Source: Candidatus Krumholzibacteriota bacterium
GTDB taxonomy: Bacteria > Krumholzibacteriota > Krumholzibacteriia > JAJRXK01
Direction: 5' to 3'
NCBI GenBank assembly: GCA_963764625.1
Contig: CAVXTH010000001.1
Location: 32,001 to 96,000, forward strand
DNA: 64,000 nt
Numbering within the stretch: the stretch's first letter is position 1; each line of letters begins with the position of its first letter. A model generated the notes under the pieces. That model was not told where the DNA came from and searched no databases. It saw only the letters and a program-made list of their open reading frames with translations. Of this stretch, positions 53,554 to 62,627 are shown one piece after another. The position numbers and the translations under genes were made by a program.

Positions 53554-53741
53554 TCTTCGTGGTCGCTGCGCGCGGAGGAGTTCTGACGCGGCGGGCTTGC
53601 CCTCGGCGGTTCTCCGCGGCTCTGGACACGCGATAGCCTAGCGACGCAACCTGAGCACGTCAACGGGAGGCCGCGGCCCCGGCGCCATGATCGGTCAGGC
53701 CTGGCTTGACACCTCCATTTTCCTTGGGGATGATCTGCCCC

Positions 53742-54971
53742 ATGACACACCTCGTGGGGCTTCTGGGCCTCGTCGTACTCATGGGAATCGCCTGGCTCAT
53801 CTCGAACAACCGCCGGGCGATCAACTGGCGGTTGGTGGGTTCCGGACTGCTGCTGCAGGTCGTCTTCGCCGGCATCGTCCTCTTACTCCCCCCCGGCCGG
53901 GCCTTTTTCGATTTGATCCGTCAGGTGGTGACGCGCTTTCTGGCCTTCACCTACGTCGGCAGCGAATTCGTCTTCGGCGACCTGGCCCGTCCCTCGGGAA
54001 GCGTGGGGATGGTCTTCGCCTTCTACGTGCTGCCCTCCATCGTCTTTTTCAGCGCCACCATGTCGGTGCTCTACCACCTGGGCATCATGCAGCGGGTCGT
54101 CTCGCTCATGGCCCGCTTCATGACCCGCGTCATGGGGGTGAGTGGAAGCGAGAGCCTCTCGGTCGCGGCCAACGTCTTCATCGGCCAGACCGAGGCCCCG
54201 CTGGTGGTCCGGCCCTACATCGCGCAGATGACCCAGGCGGAGTTGATGGTCCTCATGACCGGCGGCTTCGCCACCATCGCCGGCAGCGTGCTCGCCGGGT
54301 ACATCTCCTTTGGAATCGACGCGGGGCACCTTCTGGCCGCCAGCGTCATGAGCGCGCCCGCCGCCCTGGTGATGGCGCGTATCATCATCCCGGAGACCGA
54401 GGAAAGTCTGACCCGCGGCAAAGTCCAACTCAGCCTGCCCAAGACCAGCTCCAACCTGGTCGAGGCGGCGGCCGAGGGCTGTTCGCAGGGGATGAAGCTG
54501 GCCATCAACGTGGCCGCCATGCTCATCGGTTTCATCGCCCTCATCGCGGTCTTCGACGCGATCCTGGGCAAGGTGGCGCTGGTTAGCGGCCTGAGCTGGT
54601 GGCCCTCCAGCCTCCACGAACTCTTCGGCTACCTGCTGTGGCCCATCGCGTGGGTGATGGGGGTGCCGGCCCATGACTGCTTCAAGTTCGCCGGCCTTCT
54701 GGGCACCAAGATCTCGATCAACGAGTTCGTGGCCTACGCAGATCTGGCCAAGTTCGAGCACGCGCAGGCCCTGAGTCCCCGGGCCTCGATCATCGCCACC
54801 TACGCCCTCTGCGGCTTCGCCAACTTCGGGAGCATCGGGATTCAGCTCGGGGGCATCGGCCCCCTGGCTCCCGAGCGCCGGGGCGACCTGGCGCGCCTGG
54901 GCCTGCGCGCCATGATCGGCGGGGCCTTGGCCTCCTGGATGACGGCCACCATCGCCGGGCTCATGATCTAG
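53742..54971 (+). CDS. CNT/NupC family nucleoside transporter
   Basis: FIGQTEAPL, GGFATIAGS, NEFVAY, CGFANFGS. Confidence 0.93.
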   Translation: MTHLVGLLGLVVLMGIAWLISNNRRAINWRLVGSGLLLQVVFAGIVLLLPPGRAFFDLIRQVVTRFLAFTYVGSEFVFGDLARPSGSVGMVFAFYVLPSIVFFSATMSVLYHLGIMQRVVSLMARFMTRVMGVSGSESLSVAANVFIGQTEAPLVVRPYIAQMTQAELMVLMTGGFATIAGSVLAGYISFGIDAGHLLAASVMSAPAALVMARIIIPETEESLTRGKVQLSLPKTSSNLVEAAAEGCSQGMKLAINVAAMLIGFIALIAVFDAILGKVALVSGLSWWPSSLHELFGYLLWPIAWVMGVPAHDCFKFAGLLGTKISINEFVAYADLAKFEHAQALSPRASIIATYALCGFANFGSIGIQLGGIGPLAPERRGDLARLGLRAMIGGALASWMTATIAGLMI

Positions 54972-55355
54972 CGCGTCCGCTTCCGCGGAGGTGGAGGCGG
55001 TTTCCGGCCTTCGCCTCCGCATCTTGACTTTTGCATCTTCGAAGCATTGCGCTCAAAGTTTTGAGCTGGCGGGGATTAGAACCCGGCCCAAGCATCAGGT
55101 ACGGCCTGAAGGTTCTCTGTACGATTTAGATGATTTGCGCTTTTTTTGTGTTTTTTGGAGGCGCGGCCGGGGCGGGCTTCCGAGGACACACCCGGCTCAT
55201 TTCGCTGACGATTGGACAGCTTCGACCCGCCGCTATATATAGGTAGCTCCGTGGCCCGGGTAGAAGTAGGACCGCAACTTCTGCTCGTGATCTGGTTCGG
55301 CCCGGCAAGATACAGGCGTTTGTGCCCTCGAGAGGAATGGTGGGGTTTTCAGTTC

Positions 55356-58010
55356 ATGGCGAAGAAGACCACCCGCAGCAAGATGCCCAAGACGGACGGC
55401 AAGCAGCTCGTGATCGTGGAGAGTCCGTCCAAGGCACGCACCATCAACAAATATCTGGGGAAGGACTTCGTGGTGGTCGCCAGCGTCGGACACGTGCGCG
55501 ACCTGCCCAGCAAAAACCCCAAAGGGGACAAGTCTCCGGTCCCGGGCATCGACCTCACGAACCACTTCGAGCCGCACTACGAAGTCCTCAAGGGCAAGGC
55601 AAAGCTGGTGAGCGAGCTGAAGCGGGCCGCGAAGAATGCGCGGGAGGTGTGGTTCGCGACTGACCTCGACCGCGAGGGAGAGGCGATCGCCTGGCATCTG
55701 GCCGAACTGGTGGGGATCTCCCCGCAAGAGGCCAAGCGCGTGATCTTCAGCGCCATCACCCGCGAGGAAATCGACCACGCGTTCAAGGATCCGCGGGCGA
55801 TCGACATGGATCGGGTCAACGCCCAACAGGCCCGGCGCATTCTCGACCGCATCGTGGGCTATCAGGTGTCCCCCCTTCTGTGGAAGAAAGTGGCGCGCGG
55901 GCTTTCGGCCGGACGCGTGCAGAGCGTCGCGGTGCGGCTGGTGGTGGAACGCGAGCGGGAGATTCGCGCCTTCGTGCCCAACGAAACATGGCAGGTCCTG
56001 GCCAACTTCCACGCCAACGCCGCGCTGAAAGAGAAGCTGGCCAGCGAATGGTCGTCTCTGCTTGCCACGCGTGATGAAAAAGGGAAACCGCCCACCCTCA
56101 AACTGCTCAACGCCTGGCTCTCAGAACAGCAGGCGGTGCGTGCCGAACTGGTGCGCGTGGCCGGCGAGAAATTCGAGCTGGAACTTCAGGGTATGAAGGA
56201 CGGCGTGTCCCAGGACGCGGCCTTCTCCGATGCCTCAGCCCTGGACAACACGCCCGCGCTCTGCGAGGTGGCGCGCCTCGCGGGGCTGAGCTCGATCAAG
56301 ACCGAAATCACACAAGACCCGAAGGGGAAGGGCCCCGCGCGCTATCTGCGCGCGGTCACCGGCGAAATCGATCCCGCGGCCGAGTACCGGGTAAGCGCGA
56401 TCGAATCCAAGCGCACCAGCACGCGCCCTTCGGCTCCCTTCATCACCTCCACCCTGCAGCAAGCCGCCTCGTCGCGCCTGGGTTTCGCCGCCCGGCGCAC
56501 CATGCAGGCGGCGCAGCAGCTCTACGAGGGTATCGACATTCCAGGGGAGGGTCCCACCGGACTGATCACCTACATGCGAACCGACAGCACTCGCCTGAGC
56601 GGGGACGCCCTGCAGATGGCGCGCGAATACATCGCCAAGGAATTCGGTGAGGAGTATCTGCCGGAAAAACCCAACTTCTTCTCGTCCTCGAATCGCCAGG
56701 CCCAGGATGCGCACGAGGCGATCCGCCCCACTTCGCTCGCGCTGTCTCCGCAGCGGGTCAAGAGCGGCCTGAGGCCCGATCAGTTCAAAGTGTATTCCCT
56801 CATCTGGAATCGCTTCGTGGCCTGCCAGATGAAACCGGCCCAGTGGGACTCGACCAGCGTGTTCATCGAAGGGGGAATCGATGCCGCAAAGCCGGTCACC
56901 TTCAAGACGCAGGGACGCATCCTGGCCTTCGACGGTTTCTACAGAGTGACGGGCGTTCCTCTGGCCAGCGACGAGCAATCGCTTCCCGCCCTGAGCGAGG
57001 GCGATGCTCTGTCGCCCTTCGCCATCGAGCCCAAGCAGCGCTTTTCCGCCCCGCCCGCACGCTATACCGAGGCGAGCCTCATCAAGAAACTGGAGGCCGA
57101 GGGCATTGGCCGGCCGTCCACCTACGCCTCGATCATCCAGGTCATCCAGCAACGCAAATACGTCGAACAGATGGAGCGGCGTTTCTACGCCACCGACCTC
57201 GGAGAGATCGTCACCGACAAACTCCGCGAGGCGTTTCCGGGCATCTTCCAGGTGGACTACACCAAGAAGATGGAGGCGGAGCTCGACAAGATCGAGGAAG
57301 ACCACCACGACTGGATCGGCATGCTCGAGAGGTTCTACGAACCCTTCTCCCAGAAGCTCGAGAAAGCTCTGGAAGAGCTGGGTCACGCCAAGGCGGAAAC
57401 CCAACCCGCTCCCGATGAGTATCGCTGTGGTTCCTGTGGTGCACCGACCGTCTACCGCTTCGGCAAGAACGGGCGCTTCCTCTCGTGTTCCACCTATCCC
57501 AAGTGCCGCTGGGCCAGTCCGATCGATCGCGAGGGACAACCCCGTCCGGTGGAAGAGACGAACGTGGCCTGCCCCAAGTGCGGGGAGCCCATGATCAAAC
57601 GCGTGGGCCGTTTCGGGCCCTTCCTGGGGTGCCGCCGCTACAACGATGAGGAAAACCCCTGCGACGGCATTCTCAACCTGGACAAGAAAACCCAAAAGGT
57701 CGTCGCCCCTTCCCAGCCTCCCCTTCCAACCGACCTGGTCTGTCCCAAGTGTGGCAAGCCCCTCAATCTGCGTCTCGGTGCGCGGGGGCCGTGGCTGGGC
57801 TGCTCGGGCTTTCCCAAGTGCCGGGGCCGCATGGCCTGGACCAAGCTCGAGCCAAAAGTGAAGGAAAAGTGGCAGCGCGCGCTCGACGAGCACGTCGCCG
57901 AGCACCCCATCCCGATCATCACCTCCGTCGACGGTGATGCCCTCACCGATGCGCGGGGCAAGCCTTTGCCCGACTCGCCGATTCCAGGTGAGGAACTACT
58001 GAACGTATGA
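55356..58010 (+). CDS. topA: DNA topoisomerase I (type IA) with an internal insertion and 3 Zn ribbons
   Basis: IVESPSK, ATDLDREGE, SAGRVQS, ITYMRTDS, GIGRPSTY. Confidence 0.96.
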   Translation: MAKKTTRSKMPKTDGKQLVIVESPSKARTINKYLGKDFVVVASVGHVRDLPSKNPKGDKSPVPGIDLTNHFEPHYEVLKGKAKLVSELKRAAKNAREVWFATDLDREGEAIAWHLAELVGISPQEAKRVIFSAITREEIDHAFKDPRAIDMDRVNAQQARRILDRIVGYQVSPLLWKKVARGLSAGRVQSVAVRLVVEREREIRAFVPNETWQVLANFHANAALKEKLASEWSSLLATRDEKGKPPTLKLLNAWLSEQQAVRAELVRVAGEKFELELQGMKDGVSQDAAFSDASALDNTPALCEVARLAGLSSIKTEITQDPKGKGPARYLRAVTGEIDPAAEYRVSAIESKRTSTRPSAPFITSTLQQAASSRLGFAARRTMQAAQQLYEGIDIPGEGPTGLITYMRTDSTRLSGDALQMAREYIAKEFGEEYLPEKPNFFSSSNRQAQDAHEAIRPTSLALSPQRVKSGLRPDQFKVYSLIWNRFVACQMKPAQWDSTSVFIEGGIDAAKPVTFKTQGRILAFDGFYRVTGVPLASDEQSLPALSEGDALSPFAIEPKQRFSAPPARYTEASLIKKLEAEGIGRPSTYASIIQVIQQRKYVEQMERRFYATDLGEIVTDKLREAFPGIFQVDYTKKMEAELDKIEEDHHDWIGMLERFYEPFSQKLEKALEELGHAKAETQPAPDEYRCGSCGAPTVYRFGKNGRFLSCSTYPKCRWASPIDREGQPRPVEETNVACPKCGEPMIKRVGRFGPFLGCRRYNDEENPCDGILNLDKKTQKVVAPSQPPLPTDLVCPKCGKPLNLRLGARGPWLGCSGFPKCRGRMAWTKLEPKVKEKWQRALDEHVAEHPIPIITSVDGDALTDARGKPLPDSPIPGEELLNV

Positions 58011-58011
58011 A

Positions 58012-58060
58012 GACAAAAAGAAAAGGCCGGCCCCTGAGATGGCCGGCCTCTCTTTTTGTC
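58012..58060. terminator. bidirectional intrinsic terminator
   Basis: GACAAAAAG..AGGCCGGCC/GGCCGGCCT..CTTTTTGTC between convergent genes. Confidence 0.85.
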
Positions 58061-58095
58061 TCAGCGCCAGCTGCGCTAAGGGGCGCCGCCGTCGG

Positions 58096-59172
58096 CTACT
58101 TCGTCGGAATTGCCGTTCCCACGCAGGGATAATCGGTCTGCGCCGGGTTGAACGGATGCGTGTTGACGCTGGCGTTGTCGTAGCACAGAGATTGCACGCC
58201 GAAGACCATGCTGTAGGCCTGATAGCCCAGCATGTTCAGGCACACCGTCACCTGCGCAGAGGTCTGTCCGGTCCAGCAGTAGGTCAGGATCTTCTGATCT
58301 ACCGGCAGAGTGTTCAGAGTGTTGTCGGTCTGCAGACTGCTCTTGGGTGCGTACTGCACCGCAGTGGGCATGTGACCGGCGTCATACTCCGTCGTGGGGA
58401 AGTAGTTCACCACGTACCAGGTGCCATCGTCGGCTGCGATCGAGTCGTAGACATTGCTGATCCCGCGCGAATTCCAGCCGGTGCCGAATTCGTTGTAGGC
58501 GCCCTTCACGTAGGCATCCGCGCGCGCTTTCAGAATGTCCAGGCCCGTGCCCAATCCGGTGCCGAGCTCCGGATAGCTGCCGGCGGAATTGCAAGCACAG
58601 GGGTCCGGGGTCATCCAGGCGCCATAGTCGCTGGAGAGTTTGGTCGTGTAGTCCGTGCCGCTGTAGCTGGTGTCCGAAGTCCAGCCGCTCATTCCGAAGG
58701 CAAGGTTCACGGCGTCAAAGCCCATGTCGATTCCCAGGAGGTTCATGATGGCGGTCGCGGTGCTCGCGGTCTGCCCGGTGTAGCACACGTTGCAAATGGG
58801 CTTGTCGGTGGGGAAGTCCCCGGCATTCACGTGATCGATGATCTCCGACAGCGACCAGTTTACCGCGCCTGCGATGTGTGCGTTGTCGTACACTGCGGAA
58901 GAGCGCCAGTCGACGACGAAGTAGTCGTCGGCGGGATCCGTGTTGCCAAAGTTTGCGTTATAGAGTGCCTGAGCCGAGATGTTGATCCCCAGACCGCGGT
59001 TGGGGGTGACATAGGTGCTCAGATAGGCATCGGTATACGGCGAAACCAGCGAGAAGCCGTCCGCCGCGGGAGGTGGTGTCGTTCCGCCATCGTCACTACT
59101 GCAACCGATGAAGGCGAAAACGAGGATCATCGTACTGGCAAGAAGCAGTTTGCTCCAAGTACTGCGATTCAT
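58096..59172 (-). CDS. tandem rhodanese (sulfurtransferase) lipoprotein
   Basis: lipobox FIGC; VVDWR..HIAGA..CYTGQTA and GHMPTA..CWTGQTS, two active-site Cys loops. Confidence 0.88.
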   Translation of the reverse strand: MNRSTWSKLLLASTMILVFAFIGCSSDDGGTTPPPAADGFSLVSPYTDAYLSTYVTPNRGLGINISAQALYNANFGNTDPADDYFVVDWRSSAVYDNAHIAGAVNWSLSEIIDHVNAGDFPTDKPICNVCYTGQTASTATAIMNLLGIDMGFDAVNLAFGMSGWTSDTSYSGTDYTTKLSSDYGAWMTPDPCACNSAGSYPELGTGLGTGLDILKARADAYVKGAYNEFGTGWNSRGISNVYDSIAADDGTWYVVNYFPTTEYDAGHMPTAVQYAPKSSLQTDNTLNTLPVDQKILTYCWTGQTSAQVTVCLNMLGYQAYSMVFGVQSLCYDNASVNTHPFNPAQTDYPCVGTAIPTK

Positions 59173-59263
59173 GGTCTTTCCTTTCCTGTTCTGCAATGAC
59201 CGGGCTTTTCAGGAAGGGAAGCTCCCCGAAGAACCCGGCCACTCACTGTGGTGATCCTCTCGA

Positions 59264-60613
59264 TCACCAGGATGAATTCGGTGCCCCGCCGGGCACCACG
59301 AGAGTCTGATTCGCTTGCTGCTCGGCCGTGGGCAGAGCAGACAGATCCGAGGCGCGGAGAAAGAAATCCACCGGCCCGTTGAATGAGTTGTGGCATGCGT
59401 CGAGGCAGGGCTTCCCCTCATCCACGGTCGTGCGATCCGTCCAACGCCTAATGTTGTGCGGCGTGGCCAATTTCCACGTCGGCTCGCTACTGAAATTGGG
59501 CAAGGTGCTCATGCCCCACGCCGCGTAGGTGTCTTCCACCACTGGTACGTGACGCAAGACCACGTATTTCTCCGACCGGATGTCCGACCTGGGGTTGTAG
59601 CCGATCTTGAAGGTCTCGTACGAAGAGCCGGTGATTCCCTGTCCCGCGTGACAACCGTTGCAGCTCTTGTAGTTCTGGCTGTGACAGACCTGACAGGCGA
59701 ACTGCGACATGTGGGTCGTGTGATAGACGTTGTCCCACTGGTTGTCGATGCCCGGGCCGTGACAGTCGGTGCATTGAGCCAAACCCGGCGCCTCGTAGCG
59801 AGACTGCGGAGCGCTTCCATCGCCGTGCATGTCGGCGCCGTCATGGCAATCCGTGCAGCTCATGGCCAGAGGAACGCGGTGGTAGTCGGCCCCGGCGTAG
59901 TCATTGTTGCCGTAGTACTCGTCGCCCACCCGCGAACCGTGACATGCGGTGCAGTTCTTCACCATGTCGGGAGTGCGGTTTACCCGGTGCGCTTTCACCA
60001 ATCCGCCACCCACCGGTTTCGGCGAGGAGATATGGCAGTCGCCGCAGCTCACGTGACAGCCTCCACATGCCGATTGGAAACCCGCCATGTAGTTTGGACT
60101 GTCGCTGATTTTCGCGCCCGAGCGCTTCTCGAACAGCGCGTAGTAGCCAGCTTGGGTGTAGTGAATGGCGTCCTCGTATGATCCGTGCGTGCCCGCGTGA
60201 CAGTCCAGACACTTGTTGTTGGGACCATCACTGGGGTCAGCGATCAAGCCCACGTGCGCGTCATCCTTAGTGTTCGTGCCGCTCTGTCCCCCGTGGCACT
60301 CGATGCAGCTGATCGTGCCGTGCACGCTGGCCAAGAATGCGGCTCCGTCGGTACCGTCGATCAAAACCTTTTTCCATCCCTCCACCGGAGGGATCGATCC
60401 GCCTCAACCCTCCCCCGTATCTGCGGGAAGCGTATCCGGCAGGGCAGTGGCGATCAGCATGCCTTGGTTGGTGTGGCAGCCCTCGCAGGTGGCGACCTGC
60501 AGCAGGGGGCCACTCCCGCCGTCGTTGCCGGAATCGCTGTTGCCACAGCCCCAGAGGCCACCCAAGGACAGTGATCCGGCGGCAAGCCAGAACAGGAATT
60601 TGCGTGAAATCAT
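59264..60613 (-). CDS. selenocysteine-containing multiheme c-type cytochrome lipoprotein (UGA at 60404-60406 read as Sec, codon 70)
   Basis: lipobox LWGC, CEGCH, in-frame TGA joining the two ORFs, then 9 more CXXCH plus CLDACH; SECIS-like hairpin. Confidence 0.82.
60376..60394 (-). promoter_or_regulatory. putative bacterial SECIS element
   Basis: ATCCCTCC-GGT-GGAGGGAT; loop G follows the UGA after 17 nt. Confidence 0.75.
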
Positions 60614-60629
60614 GTCAGTGGCTCCCTTC

Positions 60630-61298
60630 TCAGTTCTCCGCTTCCGGCGTCGACTGGATTGCGGAGTCATTTGTGTGGTTTGCGGTTTCCTCGGGGACCT
60701 CGGCCAGAAGCCCCCGCGCGAAAATGGGTACGTTGTTGCAGATGATGTCGAGGGTCTCGTAGGTGACGTCTTCGAGCTTGTTCCAGAACTCGGCATTCAC
60801 CGCGCATCCGATTACGAGTCCGACGTAACAGCGCGCGGTGATACCCGGATCGACCTTGCGCAGCTCTCCGCTCTCGATCCGCAGTTGGAATTCCTTGGCC
60901 AGGAAGTTTACGTAGGGCATGCGGAACTCGCGCAACAGCTTCGCGGCCGCGTCGTCGTCGGTGGCCGAGGTCATCAGAAGGAGTCGGAGAAGCTGAGGAT
61001 CCTGCTGCGCGGTGGAGAGCAGGTGAAGCGACACGGCGCGCAGGAGGTCTTCGACCGAGCCCAGGGAGCTCAGAGTTTCCAGGTAGGAGCTGATCGCCAG
61101 TCCACGCGAGCGCGATTCCACTGCTTTTTCGAAAAGATCGAGTTTGCTGGGGAAGTGCCGATAGATGGCCGCCGCGGTGATGCCCACCTCCTCGGCCAAC
61201 TGGCGCATGGAGGTGCCGGCGTAGCCTTGCCGGGAAAAGTGCTGAAGGGCGACCTCGAGGATCTGGTCCCGGCGCGAAAGTTTGGACAGCGCAGGCAT
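60630..61298 (-). CDS. TetR/AcrR regulator heading the cytochrome-rhodanese operon
   Basis: RRDQILEVAL..FSRQGYAGTSMRQLA...IYRHFPSK; start estimated at MPALS. Confidence 0.9.
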   Translation of the reverse strand: MPALSKLSRRDQILEVALQHFSRQGYAGTSMRQLAEEVGITAAAIYRHFPSKLDLFEKAVESRSRGLAISSYLETLSSLGSVEDLLRAVSLHLLSTAQQDPQLLRLLLMTSATDDDAAAKLLREFRMPYVNFLAKEFQLRIESGELRKVDPGITARCYVGLVIGCAVNAEFWNKLEDVTYETLDIICNNVPIFARGLLAEVPEETANHTNDSAIQSTPEAEN

Positions 61299-61381
61299 CG
61301 CGGGGCCCTCGCAAGCAGAAGAGGAAACGGTCTGTTTCTTTCGTACTGACGGTGAATCCCCTGACTTTCGCCTGCAAGGAG

Positions 61382-61496
61382 AAAGTAAACAGTTCTTCAC
61401 TTTGTTTCGGTGGGAAATCTGTAAACGCGTTAAGTGCCTATGGCAGGCTTTATTTAGCCAATATAACCATCATGTGAAGTAAACGATCGCTTAACA
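61382..61496. promoter_or_regulatory. AT-rich promoter region with repeated GTAAAC imperfect palindromes (candidate TetR operators)
   Basis: AAAGTAAACAGTTCTTCACTTT, GTAAACGCGTTAAG, AAGTAAACGATCGCTTAAC. Confidence 0.5.
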
Positions 61497-61723
61497 CAAT
61501 TCAAACATTCGTTCCGGCTGCGCGAGGGCGCTTTCGGGGCCATGGGCGCTCATCTTCCCTGGATTCTGGGCCTCCCCCGGTGGAGAATCAGGGACGGTAT
61601 GGGCCGCGGTCTCGTTGCGTCCGCCACGGGCCCGGCTGAGCGTTCGGGTGAGCTTCGTCCGGGCCCGGCGAGCCACATCGGCCCGGTCGCCGGTTCTTCT
61701 CCTGAGCAAGGGGTGTGGTACGG

Positions 61724-62572
61724 ATGGAAAGCGGGTTGAAGGAAAAGGTCGTCTGCATCACCGGAGCCTCCGGCGGCATCGGGCGGGCGCTCGCGGAGGG
61801 CTTTGCGCGCGAAGGCGCTCACCTGGTCCTGGGCGCCCACTCCCAACTCGAGGCACTGCAGCATTGGGTGACGAAGCAGAGCTGGAAGGAGCGGGCGCTC
61901 GCGCTGAAGGTCGACGTCCGCCGGCCCCGTGAACTGCAAGAGATGTGCGCCCAGGCAACCGCGCGTTTCGGCCGGGTAGATGTCTGTGTGGCCAACGCGG
62001 GAATCTGGCCCGAGGAAAGCCTGCCACTGTACCAGATGAGTGAAGAGCGCATCCTCCACACTATCGATGTCGATCTTTTGGGCGCCACCTGGACCGCCCG
62101 CGCCTTCCTGGCCGCACTCGCGCAGTGCGGGCCGCGCAAGGACGGTCACGGGGCGAACCTTGTATTCATCGGCTCCACTGCGGGACGCTTCGGGGAAGCC
62201 GGTCACTGCGACTACTCGCTGAGCAAGGCGGGAATGTACGGATTGCTGCGCAGTTTGAAGAACGAGATTGTTCAGCTCGATCCCTTCGGTCGGGTGAATC
62301 TGGTGGAACCGGGATGGACCGCGACGCCCATGGCCGAGGAATCCCTCCAGGATGATGCCGCGATCTCCCATATCGCCCGCACCATGCCCTTGCGCCAGGT
62401 TGCGCGCGCGGGCGACATTGCCCGGGCGGTGATGTTCTTCAGCTCTCCGCTTTTGGCCCGCCATGTCACTGGAGAAGTCCTCACCGTTGCGGGCGGCATG
62501 GAGGGTCGGACCCTCTGGGGTGAAGAACAGATCGACGCCGAGGCGGTGCGCCGGCGCCTCGATCCGGATTGA
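61724..62572 (+). CDS. SDR family oxidoreductase
   Basis: TGASGGIG, NAG, S..YSLSK, PGW. Confidence 0.92.
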   Translation: MESGLKEKVVCITGASGGIGRALAEGFAREGAHLVLGAHSQLEALQHWVTKQSWKERALALKVDVRRPRELQEMCAQATARFGRVDVCVANAGIWPEESLPLYQMSEERILHTIDVDLLGATWTARAFLAALAQCGPRKDGHGANLVFIGSTAGRFGEAGHCDYSLSKAGMYGLLRSLKNEIVQLDPFGRVNLVEPGWTATPMAEESLQDDAAISHIARTMPLRQVARAGDIARAVMFFSSPLLARHVTGEVLTVAGGMEGRTLWGEEQIDAEAVRRRLDPD

Positions 62573-62627
62573 GCGGCGACGCTGTCGCACCCTCGTGGCC
62601 TTCCCAAAACTCGAGAGGAACGCTTCC

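Noticed and set aside
60404-60796. 130-aa ORF as an independent mono-heme protein
   Set aside because: Its 5' part overlaps tetR out of frame; the real start is 60613 and the frame continues through the TGA into the multiheme ORF.
61452-61480. dif-like sequence ACTTCACATGA-TGGTTAT-ATTGGCTAAAT on the minus strand
   Set aside because: Spacer would be 7 bp and the XerD arm matches TTATGTTAAAT at only 7/11; better explained as promoter/operator DNA.
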